From IMG/VR virus record IMGVR_UViG_3300021389_000029, positions 1 through 54,338 of that record: a stretch of DNA of 54,338 bases; one strand, written 5' to 3'. The stretch comes from a virus. Lineage: Duplodnaviria; Caudoviricetes. Positions 1 through 8,706 of the stretch are shown here, piece by piece. The translations under genes were made by a program, and so were the position numbers. The notes beneath the pieces were generated by a model, which worked only from the letters and a program-made list of their open reading frames with translations, did not search any database and was not told the origin of the DNA. Numbering within the stretch: position 1 is the stretch's first letter; every line of letters begins with the position of its first letter.

Positions 1-80
1 TAGGTTACATTTGATACATTTCCCACATATTTATGTGCATTGACCGGATTATATTTTCCTTTATATGTAAATCTCCGCAT
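1..80 (-). CDS. gp4: Head completion protein gp4-like (5' part only; runs off window start)
   Basis: Not in the ORF track. Reverse complement from ATG at 80 reads MRRFTYKGKYNPVNAHKYVGNVSNVT(Y), matching the T4 gp4 N-terminal pattern Y.GK..P.N..KY.G....I.YRS. Divergent from the baseplate genes, as in T4-like phages. Confidence 0.85.
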   Translation of the reverse strand, partial: MRRFTYKGKYNPVNAHKYVGNVSNVT

Positions 81-97
81 TGTCGTATAAAAAACCT

Positions 98-105
98 TAT
101 AAATA
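98..105 (+). promoter_or_regulatory. T4-type late promoter (TATAAATA)
   Basis: Exact gp55-dependent late promoter consensus 28 nt upstream of the ATG at 133; GGAG at 120-123. Confidence 0.85.
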
Positions 106-120
106 TATTTAACTATTTAG
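105..120 (-). promoter_or_regulatory. Possible late promoter variants (CTAAATA / TTAAATA) for the divergent gp4 gene
   Basis: + strand tattta at 106-111 and ctatttag at 113-120 read TAAATA on the minus strand, upstream of the gp4 ATG. Confidence 0.45.
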
Positions 121-132
121 GAGTCTTTACTG

Positions 133-1275
133 ATGTTTAATTTGCCATTTGGGAATTTTAATATATCTCAGGTCACCAATACGTTTGACGATAATAATAT
201 TGCTATACCAGATATACCAAATCTTTCTATACCGGATATACCAGATATATCAGAAATTACACCTCAACTTATTCTTGAGAGATCGGGTATACCTGTCACA
301 ACGGAAAGTCTTGAGGCACAGGCAAAGTTATTGGAAGGCGCCACTCAAGAGAAATTGCAAGAAGCTCTTGCAAATGCTGATGCGGTCGGAAGGGCTCGCG
401 CATCAATCGAAAAAGCAGCAAATGATGCAGCTGGGGTGATCTCTCAACAAGTAACAAGAACTGGTGGACCTAATACAGTACAGGCTAGTGACATGGAAAG
501 GCCTTTCGCTGGGGCATATCCTGGCGATATGGGATCTGATAATGTTCGTGATTATATCATATTTACTGCTTATTCAAATGACATTGCAGGATATACAAAG
601 ATGGAAACTGTAGGTTCGCAATCGCAGGGTGGAGAACCAGAAGGAACTGTCCAGTTATATATCCCAGAAAGTCTTACAGTAAATTCTCAGGTAGGATATA
701 GAAATACAGACGGTGGAAGTATTGCGGGTACGATAGGGAATCTAGGAAGTGATGGAGATGATAATAATATGGATGTACTTGCAAATCTTTCTGCACAGAT
801 CATCGGTCAAACTGGTCAACAATTGGGTGATACTGGTGGGGTTCTTGCCCAGACACAGGGCGCTGGTGTTGGTGCTGCAAATCGACATGTTTTATTTGAG
901 GGAGTAGAGTTTAGGACTTTTAGTTATGCATATGAATTTTTGCCCAAATCTTGGGAAGAATCTGATATGTTGAGAAAAATAATTAAATTTTTTAGGATCC
1001 AGATGTTGCCCGAAATTAGAGGAAATGGAAATACTTTCAACCCACCCAATTGGTTTAGTATAGAATATATGATTGATGGAAAACCTACTGAATATCTCAA
1101 TAAGATAAAACCATCGGTATGTACGGGTTGTGATGTATCATATGGTGGCAATGGACAGTTTGCAATGTTTCAAAGTGACAAGGGTGAGGCCCCTGCTCCA
1201 GCACTAATAAATCTCACATTAACATTCCAAGAAGTACAAGTCGTATCCACACGCGATGCTGCAGAAGGATATTAA
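133..1275 (+). CDS. gp48: Baseplate tail-tube cap gp48-like
   Basis: C-terminal half VLFEGVEFRTFSYAYEFLPKSWEESDMLRKIIKFFR...P.WF.IEY...YLNKIKPSVCTGCDVSY...INLTLTFQEVQVV is typical of gp48/gp54 tube-fold proteins. Lies directly before gp53. Confidence 0.8.
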   Translation: MFNLPFGNFNISQVTNTFDDNNIAIPDIPNLSIPDIPDISEITPQLILERSGIPVTTESLEAQAKLLEGATQEKLQEALANADAVGRARASIEKAANDAAGVISQQVTRTGGPNTVQASDMERPFAGAYPGDMGSDNVRDYIIFTAYSNDIAGYTKMETVGSQSQGGEPEGTVQLYIPESLTVNSQVGYRNTDGGSIAGTIGNLGSDGDDNNMDVLANLSAQIIGQTGQQLGDTGGVLAQTQGAGVGAANRHVLFEGVEFRTFSYAYEFLPKSWEESDMLRKIIKFFRIQMLPEIRGNGNTFNPPNWFSIEYMIDGKPTEYLNKIKPSVCTGCDVSYGGNGQFAMFQSDKGEAPAPALINLTLTFQEVQVVSTRDAAEGY

Positions 1276-1277
1276 AA

Positions 1278-2558
1278 ATGTTTAATAAAATTTCAAATAT
1301 TAAATATGATATAAAACTTGATAATCGTCCAGTAGAATCTAAAAATATTTTTAGATTTGCATATATTTTAGATTCTTACAAAGATGATCCCAAAAATTAT
1401 TTGGTACATACTATAGAATCTGACCAGACAGTAGAAAGCATATCTGCACAATATTATGGCGATACGAAATATAGTTGGGTTATTTTGATGTACAATAACT
1501 TGTTAGACGTTTATGAAGAATTACCTAAGACGGAATCTATGTTGTATGAATATATCTCTAAAAAATACACTCCAAAAAATGTTTTAGAACTAAAACGTAT
1601 GTTACCAGCTCCTTTGTTGCCCAAAAATGGAAACACTTCATTTGGAAATTATAATGGTCAGATTGTTTATGACGAAAGTATTGATAGAGGCGTCAAATGG
1701 GATAGTATAACTCAAAATTGGTCCCCGTTACCCGAACTTGGGGTGCCAACTCCTAGCTCGGCCGAATTTAATATATCATGTAATAATTGGAATAATCCTG
1801 AAGAATCTAATCATTTTTTAATTAATGGCCTTACAGATCCAGAACTTGTGTTATTTCGAGGTGGTACATATAAATTTAAAATAAATTTTTCTCCTTATGA
1901 TACTTTTTATTTAACTACCGATGATGGAAAAAATTATTGGAATCCGAATCGTTTTTATGGTCTATATGACAATGGAATATCTGAAAAGGATTTTTTTGGA
2001 TCTTCCCACATAACTTTCAAAGTTCCTGATGATGCTCCAGATTTATTATATTACTCATCTGATATGACCCGACCTTTTGATGAAAATAACAATAGAAATA
2101 TGTCTAATATGATAAGAATTATAAATCTTGAAGATGTTCCATATGTTAGTCAGAGCGATAGAAATTCGTTACAAAATCTAAATGGCCGAGTGATGGGCAA
2201 AGTAGTAAAAATTGAAGATAATTTTTATGTTTGGAATGGAATATATACAGAGCCAAATCAAACTAACTTTCTCGAGGGTTGGAATTTACTAAATCCGCAA
2301 TCGTCCTCTGAGTATATAATAGAATTAGGATTGTTGGTTGCAATGCAGACCCCACACAAATTTACTCATAAAATAGAAGGCTATAAAATAACATCAGATA
2401 CATATTCTGCGTTGCCGGCAGAAGAAAAAAATTCGTATATTATGCAGTCTAAGTATGCATATGAAGAAGAGAAAAACGAAAAAAATAGAACTATAAGAAT
2501 TATGAAAAAAGATCTTTTGGGTAAATTTTTAGAAAATTGGGAAAGGATTGTTGCATAA
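1278..2558 (+). CDS. gp53: Baseplate wedge protein gp53-like (LysM-like fold) with a large internal insertion
   Basis: N-terminal HTIESDQTVESISAQYYGDTKYSWVILMYNNLLD and C-terminal YAYEEEKNEKNRTIRIMKK..L..F are the two conserved ends of gp53. Confidence 0.85.
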   Translation: MFNKISNIKYDIKLDNRPVESKNIFRFAYILDSYKDDPKNYLVHTIESDQTVESISAQYYGDTKYSWVILMYNNLLDVYEELPKTESMLYEYISKKYTPKNVLELKRMLPAPLLPKNGNTSFGNYNGQIVYDESIDRGVKWDSITQNWSPLPELGVPTPSSAEFNISCNNWNNPEESNHFLINGLTDPELVLFRGGTYKFKINFSPYDTFYLTTDDGKNYWNPNRFYGLYDNGISEKDFFGSSHITFKVPDDAPDLLYYSSDMTRPFDENNNRNMSNMIRIINLEDVPYVSQSDRNSLQNLNGRVMGKVVKIEDNFYVWNGIYTEPNQTNFLEGWNLLNPQSSSEYIIELGLLVAMQTPHKFTHKIEGYKITSDTYSALPAEEKNSYIMQSKYAYEEEKNEKNRTIRIMKKDLLGKFLENWERIVA

Positions 2559-3886
2559 TGAGTATTTCTCAGACATATGGGCTGTGTGAAATAAAAAAAA
2601 TGACTATAGTTTCTCACAACGACTTTGAATTGAATCTTTTTGGTGTTTACAAATCTCTTAATATTTACGAAGACTTATTTTCTCCTTCGATTACGGCTCA
2701 ACTGACTTTGGAAGATGCTAACGGGATTCTCAACTTTTTGCCTATTATAGGACAGGAAAGGGTAAATATATCTTTTGCGACTCAAGGATTAACAGAATTT
2801 ACAGAACTTGATATGATTGTCAATAAAATTACAGATTTAGAAAGCGATGTCAGTACGCAAACTTATAATTTGGAATTGGTTTCTGTAGATATGATAACAA
2901 ATTTTGAACAAAGAATATCAGAATATTTTGAAGGCAGTTCTACAGAAATTGCTGAAAAATGTTTTCAACGATTAGAATCTAAAAAGACATTTGAGTTTGA
3001 GCCAAGCGAAGATAAATATGATGAAGAACTTGGTGTCGTAATTCCTAATATGACGCCTATGAAAGCAATTTCTTTTTTGTGTGGAAAGGCCTTTCACGAA
3101 GAATATAAGAGTTCATCTTATATGTTTTATGAAACCAGTAAAAAATATGTAATGAAACCTATGGAAATGTTGGTGGAAGAAGAGCCTAAAAATGAATTTA
3201 ATCTTGGTTCTTATAAAAATGCTGGTGTTGATGGAAAAGAGATATTGGACGCAAATGTAGAAAACAAAAAGGCAATCACTTATAAGTTTCTTTCCAATTT
3301 TTCGGTTTTGGATAACATTACAAATGGTGTTTTTGCTTCAAAAGTTTCTACTGTTGACATGCTTACAAGAAATAAAACCGATCTAGAACATAGTATATGG
3401 GAAGATCACGAAGAATACAAATACTTGAATTATGACAAAGACAATAAAAACACATCAGGTCCAATTTTTGATGTTTCTGGAAAAGGCAAACAATATATGA
3501 AAGTCGATGATGACACTTCGGTACGATTTATAGTACCTGAAGTGGAAGTCAAAGAAGGCCGGCCAATGTATAATCAAGAGAAAATTTTTAGGCAGAGGTT
3601 ATTTTATACAAATCTTATGAATAACATCAAATGCGAGATGTCGATTTATGGTGACAGCGACTTAGTGGTCGGCGACACTGTAAATTTAACATTACCTCTG
3701 TTTACTAGAGTCGATATGGGCGAAGAATGGAAAGATAAATATTATAGTGGAAAATATTTGATAACAGGAATTAGACATATACTAGCCGGCGATCAGTACA
3801 CCACAGATTTAGAATTAGTCAAAGACAGTTTCAATGATGTTTTACCATCGAAAGAACCAGTATTGACGGGGGGCGGTGGTAAATGA
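2558..3886 (+). CDS. Baseplate hub protein (gp27/GPD-like)
   Basis: SLNIYEDLFSPSITAQLTLED..GILNFLPIIGQE at the N-terminus and GDSDLVVGDTV...KYYSGKYLITGIRH at the C-terminus fit the hub family found between gp53 and gp5. Likely start is the ATG at 2558 overlapping the gp53 stop (TAATG), not 2537. Confidence 0.7.
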   Translation: MSISQTYGLCEIKKMTIVSHNDFELNLFGVYKSLNIYEDLFSPSITAQLTLEDANGILNFLPIIGQERVNISFATQGLTEFTELDMIVNKITDLESDVSTQTYNLELVSVDMITNFEQRISEYFEGSSTEIAEKCFQRLESKKTFEFEPSEDKYDEELGVVIPNMTPMKAISFLCGKAFHEEYKSSSYMFYETSKKYVMKPMEMLVEEEPKNEFNLGSYKNAGVDGKEILDANVENKKAITYKFLSNFSVLDNITNGVFASKVSTVDMLTRNKTDLEHSIWEDHEEYKYLNYDKDNKNTSGPIFDVSGKGKQYMKVDDDTSVRFIVPEVEVKEGRPMYNQEKIFRQRLFYTNLMNNIKCEMSIYGDSDLVVGDTVNLTLPLFTRVDMGEEWKDKYYSGKYLITGIRHILAGDQYTTDLELVKDSFNDVLPSKEPVLTGGGGK

Positions 3887-6192
3887 ATCTTTTTACTGGT
3901 ACTGAAGGATTGGTCTGGTGGCAAGGCATTGTAGAAGATGTCAATGATCCAGAGACATTAGGTCGCGTCCGAGTTCGTATTTTTGGATTTCATAGCGATG
4001 ATAAATCAAAAATTCCAACAGATAAATTACCTTGGGCTGCGCCGATAATGCCCATCACTAGTGCTGCTATTGGTGGTGTCGGACAATCTCCTACTGGATC
4101 TCTGCCTGGCGCATGGGTTATGGGATTTTTCCGAGATGGCATGAATGCTCAGGATCCTATAGTTTGGGGGACCGTTTATGGAAAACCAAATGCAACTTCT
4201 ATAAAATCTCCAGATGGGTCTTATCCCGCTGAAGGAAGTGCGTCTGTCGAGGGTGGTACAGTCGTAAATCAGAGTGACGTAAACCCTCTAGCAACTGGAG
4301 CAGGAGTCGAAACAAGTGCCAGCGGCGCGCCAGCATCAAATGACCACCACAATAAGGGAAATGATAGCGCAAGTCCAGATCAATCTGGTACTCCAAATGA
4401 TGCAGACAATAGAGAACGACTTTCAAAAATTACAACTAAAAATGGCAAAAGTACTTGGGTTGCGACTATCTATGCAAAGAATTTTCAAAACTTTATAAAT
4501 GAATTTGAAAGAACTCCTGCTCCTAATCATCCGGATGGATATACTATTTATAGTCTGGGTGGATATGTCCATAGACAAAGTAGAGGTTCTAAAAAATGGA
4601 GTTATCATGCTTCTGGTGTTGCGATTGATATCAATCCCGCTGAAAACCCATACCAAAAAACATTTGAAAGTGATATGCCATCAAATACCTCTGCAATTGC
4701 AAAGAAATATGGCCTTGGTTGGGGTGGTGATTGGAATAGTGTCAAAGATGCAATGCACTTCAGTATGGCCAAGGGAGAGCGTGGCACAGTACCAATAAAA
4801 AGAAATGGTATTGTGCCAGACCCAAAAACAGGAAGTCAAGATTCCAAAAGTATTGGATCTTCGGTTGAAGGAACTCCTTTAGAATATTCGCCTTCTACAT
4901 CAGCCCCCACCGGCAATACTGGAACTTATGATAAACCAGAACCAAAATCTAGCGAAAACATCGGAGCTGCCCCAAGCTTGGATGTCAGCGAATGGAAGAA
5001 TGGGTCAGATTATTCGGAGGGAGACTTGGTGCGTTCTCCACAACTGCAAGAAAATCAAATTGGAAGTCTACCTCCGTATACATATAGAACTGGCATCATT
5101 ACTGCTGCTGCTGCAATGCAGTGTAGTGCATTAGACTTTGGTACTGTTATGTCTTATGAAATGGGCGGTAGGTGGGACGCCAGACGCAAGGGACCAACTA
5201 CACAATGGGGTCAGCACCGAGGCGTCATTCAATTTGGAGAACCACAAGCTAAAAAATACGGCATTGATTTTTCAACGGAACAAACCGCGATTGATACACA
5301 ACTTGGTCCTAACGGCGCGGTTGTAAGATATCTGAGAGATCATGGCGTCAAAAATGGTATGGGTAGATTAGAAATTTATTCTTCAATTAATGCGGGTGGT
5401 GTTGGTGAAAAATACTATGGAAGATCTGATGCGAATAATAATGGCGCGCCCGGATCGGTCAGAGATAAAGTTAATAATCAAATGGGTGGCCACGAAGCAA
5501 ATGCCAGAAGATTATTGAACAGTAAAGACGATGGTAAATACATAGAACAAAAAGTTTATCGGGCGGTAAAATCAGGAACATCTAGTGATAGTGGAACTGG
5601 ACCGGCTTCATCTAAACTGAAAGATGGAGATGTGATGTGGGAAGTTGCTCCAGAAGAATTTCAGAGTGCTTCTAGGAATACTCAAAATGCAATGTATGAG
5701 TCAGAGGCTCCATCTTCAAGTGATGGTTATTCTGTAGCGCCCCAACAATCCGGTGGCGGTAGCAGTAGTCCAAAACCACCATCAGTTGAGAAAAAAATTG
5801 CAGATACCGATGTTACAGATTTGTTTCAAGAACCGGACAATCCATTTGGAGCAAAATATCCGCATAATAAAGCACTATTCACAGAATCAGGACACATTCA
5901 AGAATTTGATGATACGCCAGGAGCTGAAAGAATACATACTTATCATAGAACTGGAACTTTTGAAGAAATACATCCAGACGGTACTAGGGTTGTAAAGGTA
6001 GTAAAAGACAATTACGAAATCATTTTTGGAGAGAATAATATTCATGTAAAGGGTACTGCAAATATTGTGGTAGATGCTGATGTAAATGTCAAAATAGGTG
6101 GAAATGTAAATGTAGAGGTTGGTGGCAAAATCGACACTACAAGCGGTGGAAATACAACTATCAAGGGCGCTCAAATTCATCTGAATCCATAA
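3883..6192 (+). CDS. gp5: Baseplate central spike gp5-like with inserted peptidase M15 and lysozyme-like domains
   Basis: OB-fold WWQGIVEDVNDPETLGRVRVRIFGFH...LPWA...GAWVMGFFRDG..AQDPIVWG; C-terminal YPHNK...TESGHIQEFDDTPGAERIH.YHRTGTFEEIHPDG plus a beta-helix. Internal SYHASGVAID...WGGDW...DAMH (M15) and SYEMGG...RGVIQF (lysozyme-like). Confidence 0.9.
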   Translation: MNLFTGTEGLVWWQGIVEDVNDPETLGRVRVRIFGFHSDDKSKIPTDKLPWAAPIMPITSAAIGGVGQSPTGSLPGAWVMGFFRDGMNAQDPIVWGTVYGKPNATSIKSPDGSYPAEGSASVEGGTVVNQSDVNPLATGAGVETSASGAPASNDHHNKGNDSASPDQSGTPNDADNRERLSKITTKNGKSTWVATIYAKNFQNFINEFERTPAPNHPDGYTIYSLGGYVHRQSRGSKKWSYHASGVAIDINPAENPYQKTFESDMPSNTSAIAKKYGLGWGGDWNSVKDAMHFSMAKGERGTVPIKRNGIVPDPKTGSQDSKSIGSSVEGTPLEYSPSTSAPTGNTGTYDKPEPKSSENIGAAPSLDVSEWKNGSDYSEGDLVRSPQLQENQIGSLPPYTYRTGIITAAAAMQCSALDFGTVMSYEMGGRWDARRKGPTTQWGQHRGVIQFGEPQAKKYGIDFSTEQTAIDTQLGPNGAVVRYLRDHGVKNGMGRLEIYSSINAGGVGEKYYGRSDANNNGAPGSVRDKVNNQMGGHEANARRLLNSKDDGKYIEQKVYRAVKSGTSSDSGTGPASSKLKDGDVMWEVAPEEFQSASRNTQNAMYESEAPSSSDGYSVAPQQSGGGSSSPKPPSVEKKIADTDVTDLFQEPDNPFGAKYPHNKALFTESGHIQEFDDTPGAERIHTYHRTGTFEEIHPDGTRVVKVVKDNYEIIFGENNIHVKGTANIVVDADVNVKIGGNVNVEVGGKIDTTSGGNTTIKGAQIHLNP

Positions 6193-6202
6193 GGAAATTA
6201 AA

Positions 6203-6640
6203 ATGGCATATGCAACAGAAACAAACAGAGATTTCGATTTAAAATTTATGAAAAACCCCATTAGCAATGATGTGGTAATAAAAATAGACCGACCTGAAAG
6301 GAATAGATTTCCTGCTATTGAACAGAGTATTACTAATATATTAATGACCTCTAAACTGGAAAGAAAGTTTATGCCTGCATTTGGTGGAAATGTATTGAAA
6401 ACTTTATTTGAGTTATTAACAGATTTTGACCAAATCAGTGTACCGGGCGAGATAAATATTAAAGAAGTTATAAGAATGTCACTGAAAAAATATGAACCCA
6501 GAATTACAGTCGAAACTGTCGATTTTGGTGATTGGAAAGAAGATAGTAACTCAAATAAACTAAATATCACCATTATGTATTCGGTGCCACCTGTCAATGA
6601 GGTACTGTCATATACGCTAGGGATTAAAAGAGTAAAATAA
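6203..6640 (+). CDS. gp25: Baseplate wedge subunit gp25
   Basis: DFDLKF..NP..ND...AIEQSITNILMT...ER.F.P.FG...I...L..YEPRITV motif; position between gp5 and gp6. Confidence 0.9.
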   Translation: MAYATETNRDFDLKFMKNPISNDVVIKIDRPERNRFPAIEQSITNILMTSKLERKFMPAFGGNVLKTLFELLTDFDQISVPGEINIKEVIRMSLKKYEPRITVETVDFGDWKEDSNSNKLNITIMYSVPPVNEVLSYTLGIKRVK

Positions 6641-8704
6641 ATGGCAAAAAATATTCAAATTTCCGAATTAGACTTTTCAAGTATCAAAAGTAGTATAAAA
6701 GAATATATGAAAAGTGATCCTACATTTAAGGATTATGATTTTGAAGGCTCTGGACTATCAACTCTCACAGATCTTTTGAGCTATAATACCTACTACAACT
6801 CTTTTTATCTTAATATGATATCTAACGAAATGTTTTTGGATACTGCTAGGTTGAGAGATAATGTTGTAGCTAAAGCAAAGTTGCTAGGATATACGCCAAC
6901 TTCAGCACGTGCGGCTGAGGCATCACTATCATGTACGTTTGAGATTGTTTCAGACTATGAAGATCCATCGATTTTCAATAGTATAAAAATAGACAAAACT
7001 TTTATGTTTTCAAAAAATAATAGCCAGACATACGAAGAATATAAGTTTATTCCAAAAGTGAGTAGGACTGTCCCACGAACTTTCTCACCTCAACTTCTAG
7101 CGAATGGTACATATAAACATACATATGAAATATTTGATTTGGAAGTAATCCAAGGCATATATGTCGAAGAAAAAATAATAGTAGATACTACAGATCCAAA
7201 TCAAAAATTTCTTATATCAAATTCTAATGTTGATACAGATACTTTGCAAGTGTTTATTCAATCAAATGTTACTGACACCAATTTGACTGAGTTTAAACGA
7301 TCTACTGATACAATGTCATTGTCAGATATAAGTAAAGTATTTTTCTTGCAAGAATCTTACGAGGAAAAATATGAAATTGTTTTTGGCGATGGTGTTCTAG
7401 GATCTGCCGTAGAAAGCGGAAATATAATTATTTTAAAGTATTTAGTTACTCAGGGATCCGTGGCTAATGACATGACAGGAAATTTAAGACTTATTTCTTC
7501 TAATAGAAATATTAGGGCGTCAAATATACAGGACAATTTGCAAATAATTGGACGTACTTATGGAGGTAGTGATAGGGAATCTGTAAATTCTATTAAATTT
7601 TATGCACCAAAAACTTTTGAAGGACAGAATAGAGCTGTAACTGCAAGAGACTATCAAACAATAATTCCTAAAATTTATCCACAAACCTCATCTGTTAATA
7701 TTTGGGGCGGCGAAGATTCCGATCCACCCGAATATGGAAAAGTGTTTATCAGTATCAAACCCAATTCTGGATTTTATGTTTCTGCTCAAGAAAAACAATC
7801 CATAAAACAAAATTTAGTAAAAAATTACTCTGTACTGACTTTGACTCCGACCATTATCGATCCAGACTTTATAAAATTAAAAATAACAACACAAGTAAAA
7901 TATGATAATGAATCTACAATGTTGGATGAAGCTACATTACAAGAAATCGTTAAAAAATCTATTATAGATTATGATATGAATATGTTGAATGATTTTAATA
8001 GTTACTTTAGATATTCTCAGTTCTTGGCTAAAATCGATCAATCGGACGAATCTATAACTAACAACTTGACAGAAATATTGATGATAAACGAAAAAACGAT
8101 ATTTGTGGATACATCTACTAGTTATAGATTTCAATTTAATAATGCTTTAACTCCATCAACTCTATATTCGAAAGCATTTTATATTACTGGTAATGAAAAT
8201 GCATATTATCTTGATGACAATGGTCTTGGTAAAGTAAGATTTCACACTATGAACGTCGCTGCAGAAAAAGTTTATGATCCGATATATTCTGGAACAATAG
8301 ATTATGAAACAGGAACAATAATTATTCCCGATATTTCTTTATCCAGTGTTGTTGGATCATCATCTTCTATTGGTGTGGTCGTTAAGCCTTTGAATAATGA
8401 TATATTTCCTGTAAGGAATCAAATTATCTTATTAGATTTAGATGAACTGTCAATCACAATGCTAGAAGATACCGATGACTTTAATGAAAATTATGACATA
8501 TCTTCGCAAAGAGTTGTAGTATCCAGAAATGCTACATCTACATATAATAATTCATCTATGTCTGTCACTTCGGCAACTGGGACCACATCTATAACTAGAA
8601 CTTATTCGGATTCTCCATCTGCTGGTACTTCAGGATCAAGCAGTGGTGGTGGATCTAGTAGTGGCGGATCCAGCAGTGGTGGTGGATATGGCGGTGGGTA
8701 TTAA
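6641..8704 (+). CDS. gp6: Baseplate wedge subunit gp6
   Basis: ELDFSSIK..IKEYM...F.DYDFEGSGLS.L.DLLSYNTYYN.FY.NM..NE.FLDTA.LR; YEIVFGDGVLG; QNRAVTARDY; WGGED..PPEYGKVFISIKP. Ends in a G/S-rich tail. Confidence 0.95.
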   Translation: MAKNIQISELDFSSIKSSIKEYMKSDPTFKDYDFEGSGLSTLTDLLSYNTYYNSFYLNMISNEMFLDTARLRDNVVAKAKLLGYTPTSARAAEASLSCTFEIVSDYEDPSIFNSIKIDKTFMFSKNNSQTYEEYKFIPKVSRTVPRTFSPQLLANGTYKHTYEIFDLEVIQGIYVEEKIIVDTTDPNQKFLISNSNVDTDTLQVFIQSNVTDTNLTEFKRSTDTMSLSDISKVFFLQESYEEKYEIVFGDGVLGSAVESGNIIILKYLVTQGSVANDMTGNLRLISSNRNIRASNIQDNLQIIGRTYGGSDRESVNSIKFYAPKTFEGQNRAVTARDYQTIIPKIYPQTSSVNIWGGEDSDPPEYGKVFISIKPNSGFYVSAQEKQSIKQNLVKNYSVLTLTPTIIDPDFIKLKITTQVKYDNESTMLDEATLQEIVKKSIIDYDMNMLNDFNSYFRYSQFLAKIDQSDESITNNLTEILMINEKTIFVDTSTSYRFQFNNALTPSTLYSKAFYITGNENAYYLDDNGLGKVRFHTMNVAAEKVYDPIYSGTIDYETGTIIIPDISLSSVVGSSSSIGVVVKPLNNDIFPVRNQIILLDLDELSITMLEDTDDFNENYDISSQRVVVSRNATSTYNNSSMSVTSATGTTSITRTYSDSPSAGTSGSSSGGGSSSGGSSSGGGYGGGY

Positions 8705-8706
8705 AA

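Noticed and set aside
2537-2557. ORF-track start of the hub gene at 2537 (likewise 43754 for the 1035-aa ORF)
   Set aside because: These are TTG starts inside the upstream genes; the coupled ATGs at 2558 and 43814 are more plausible.
5887-6597. 236-aa minus-strand ORF, plus other minus-strand ORFs such as 21378-21935 and 33158-33790
   Set aside because: Fully overlap well-supported + strand structural genes and show no recognisable motifs.
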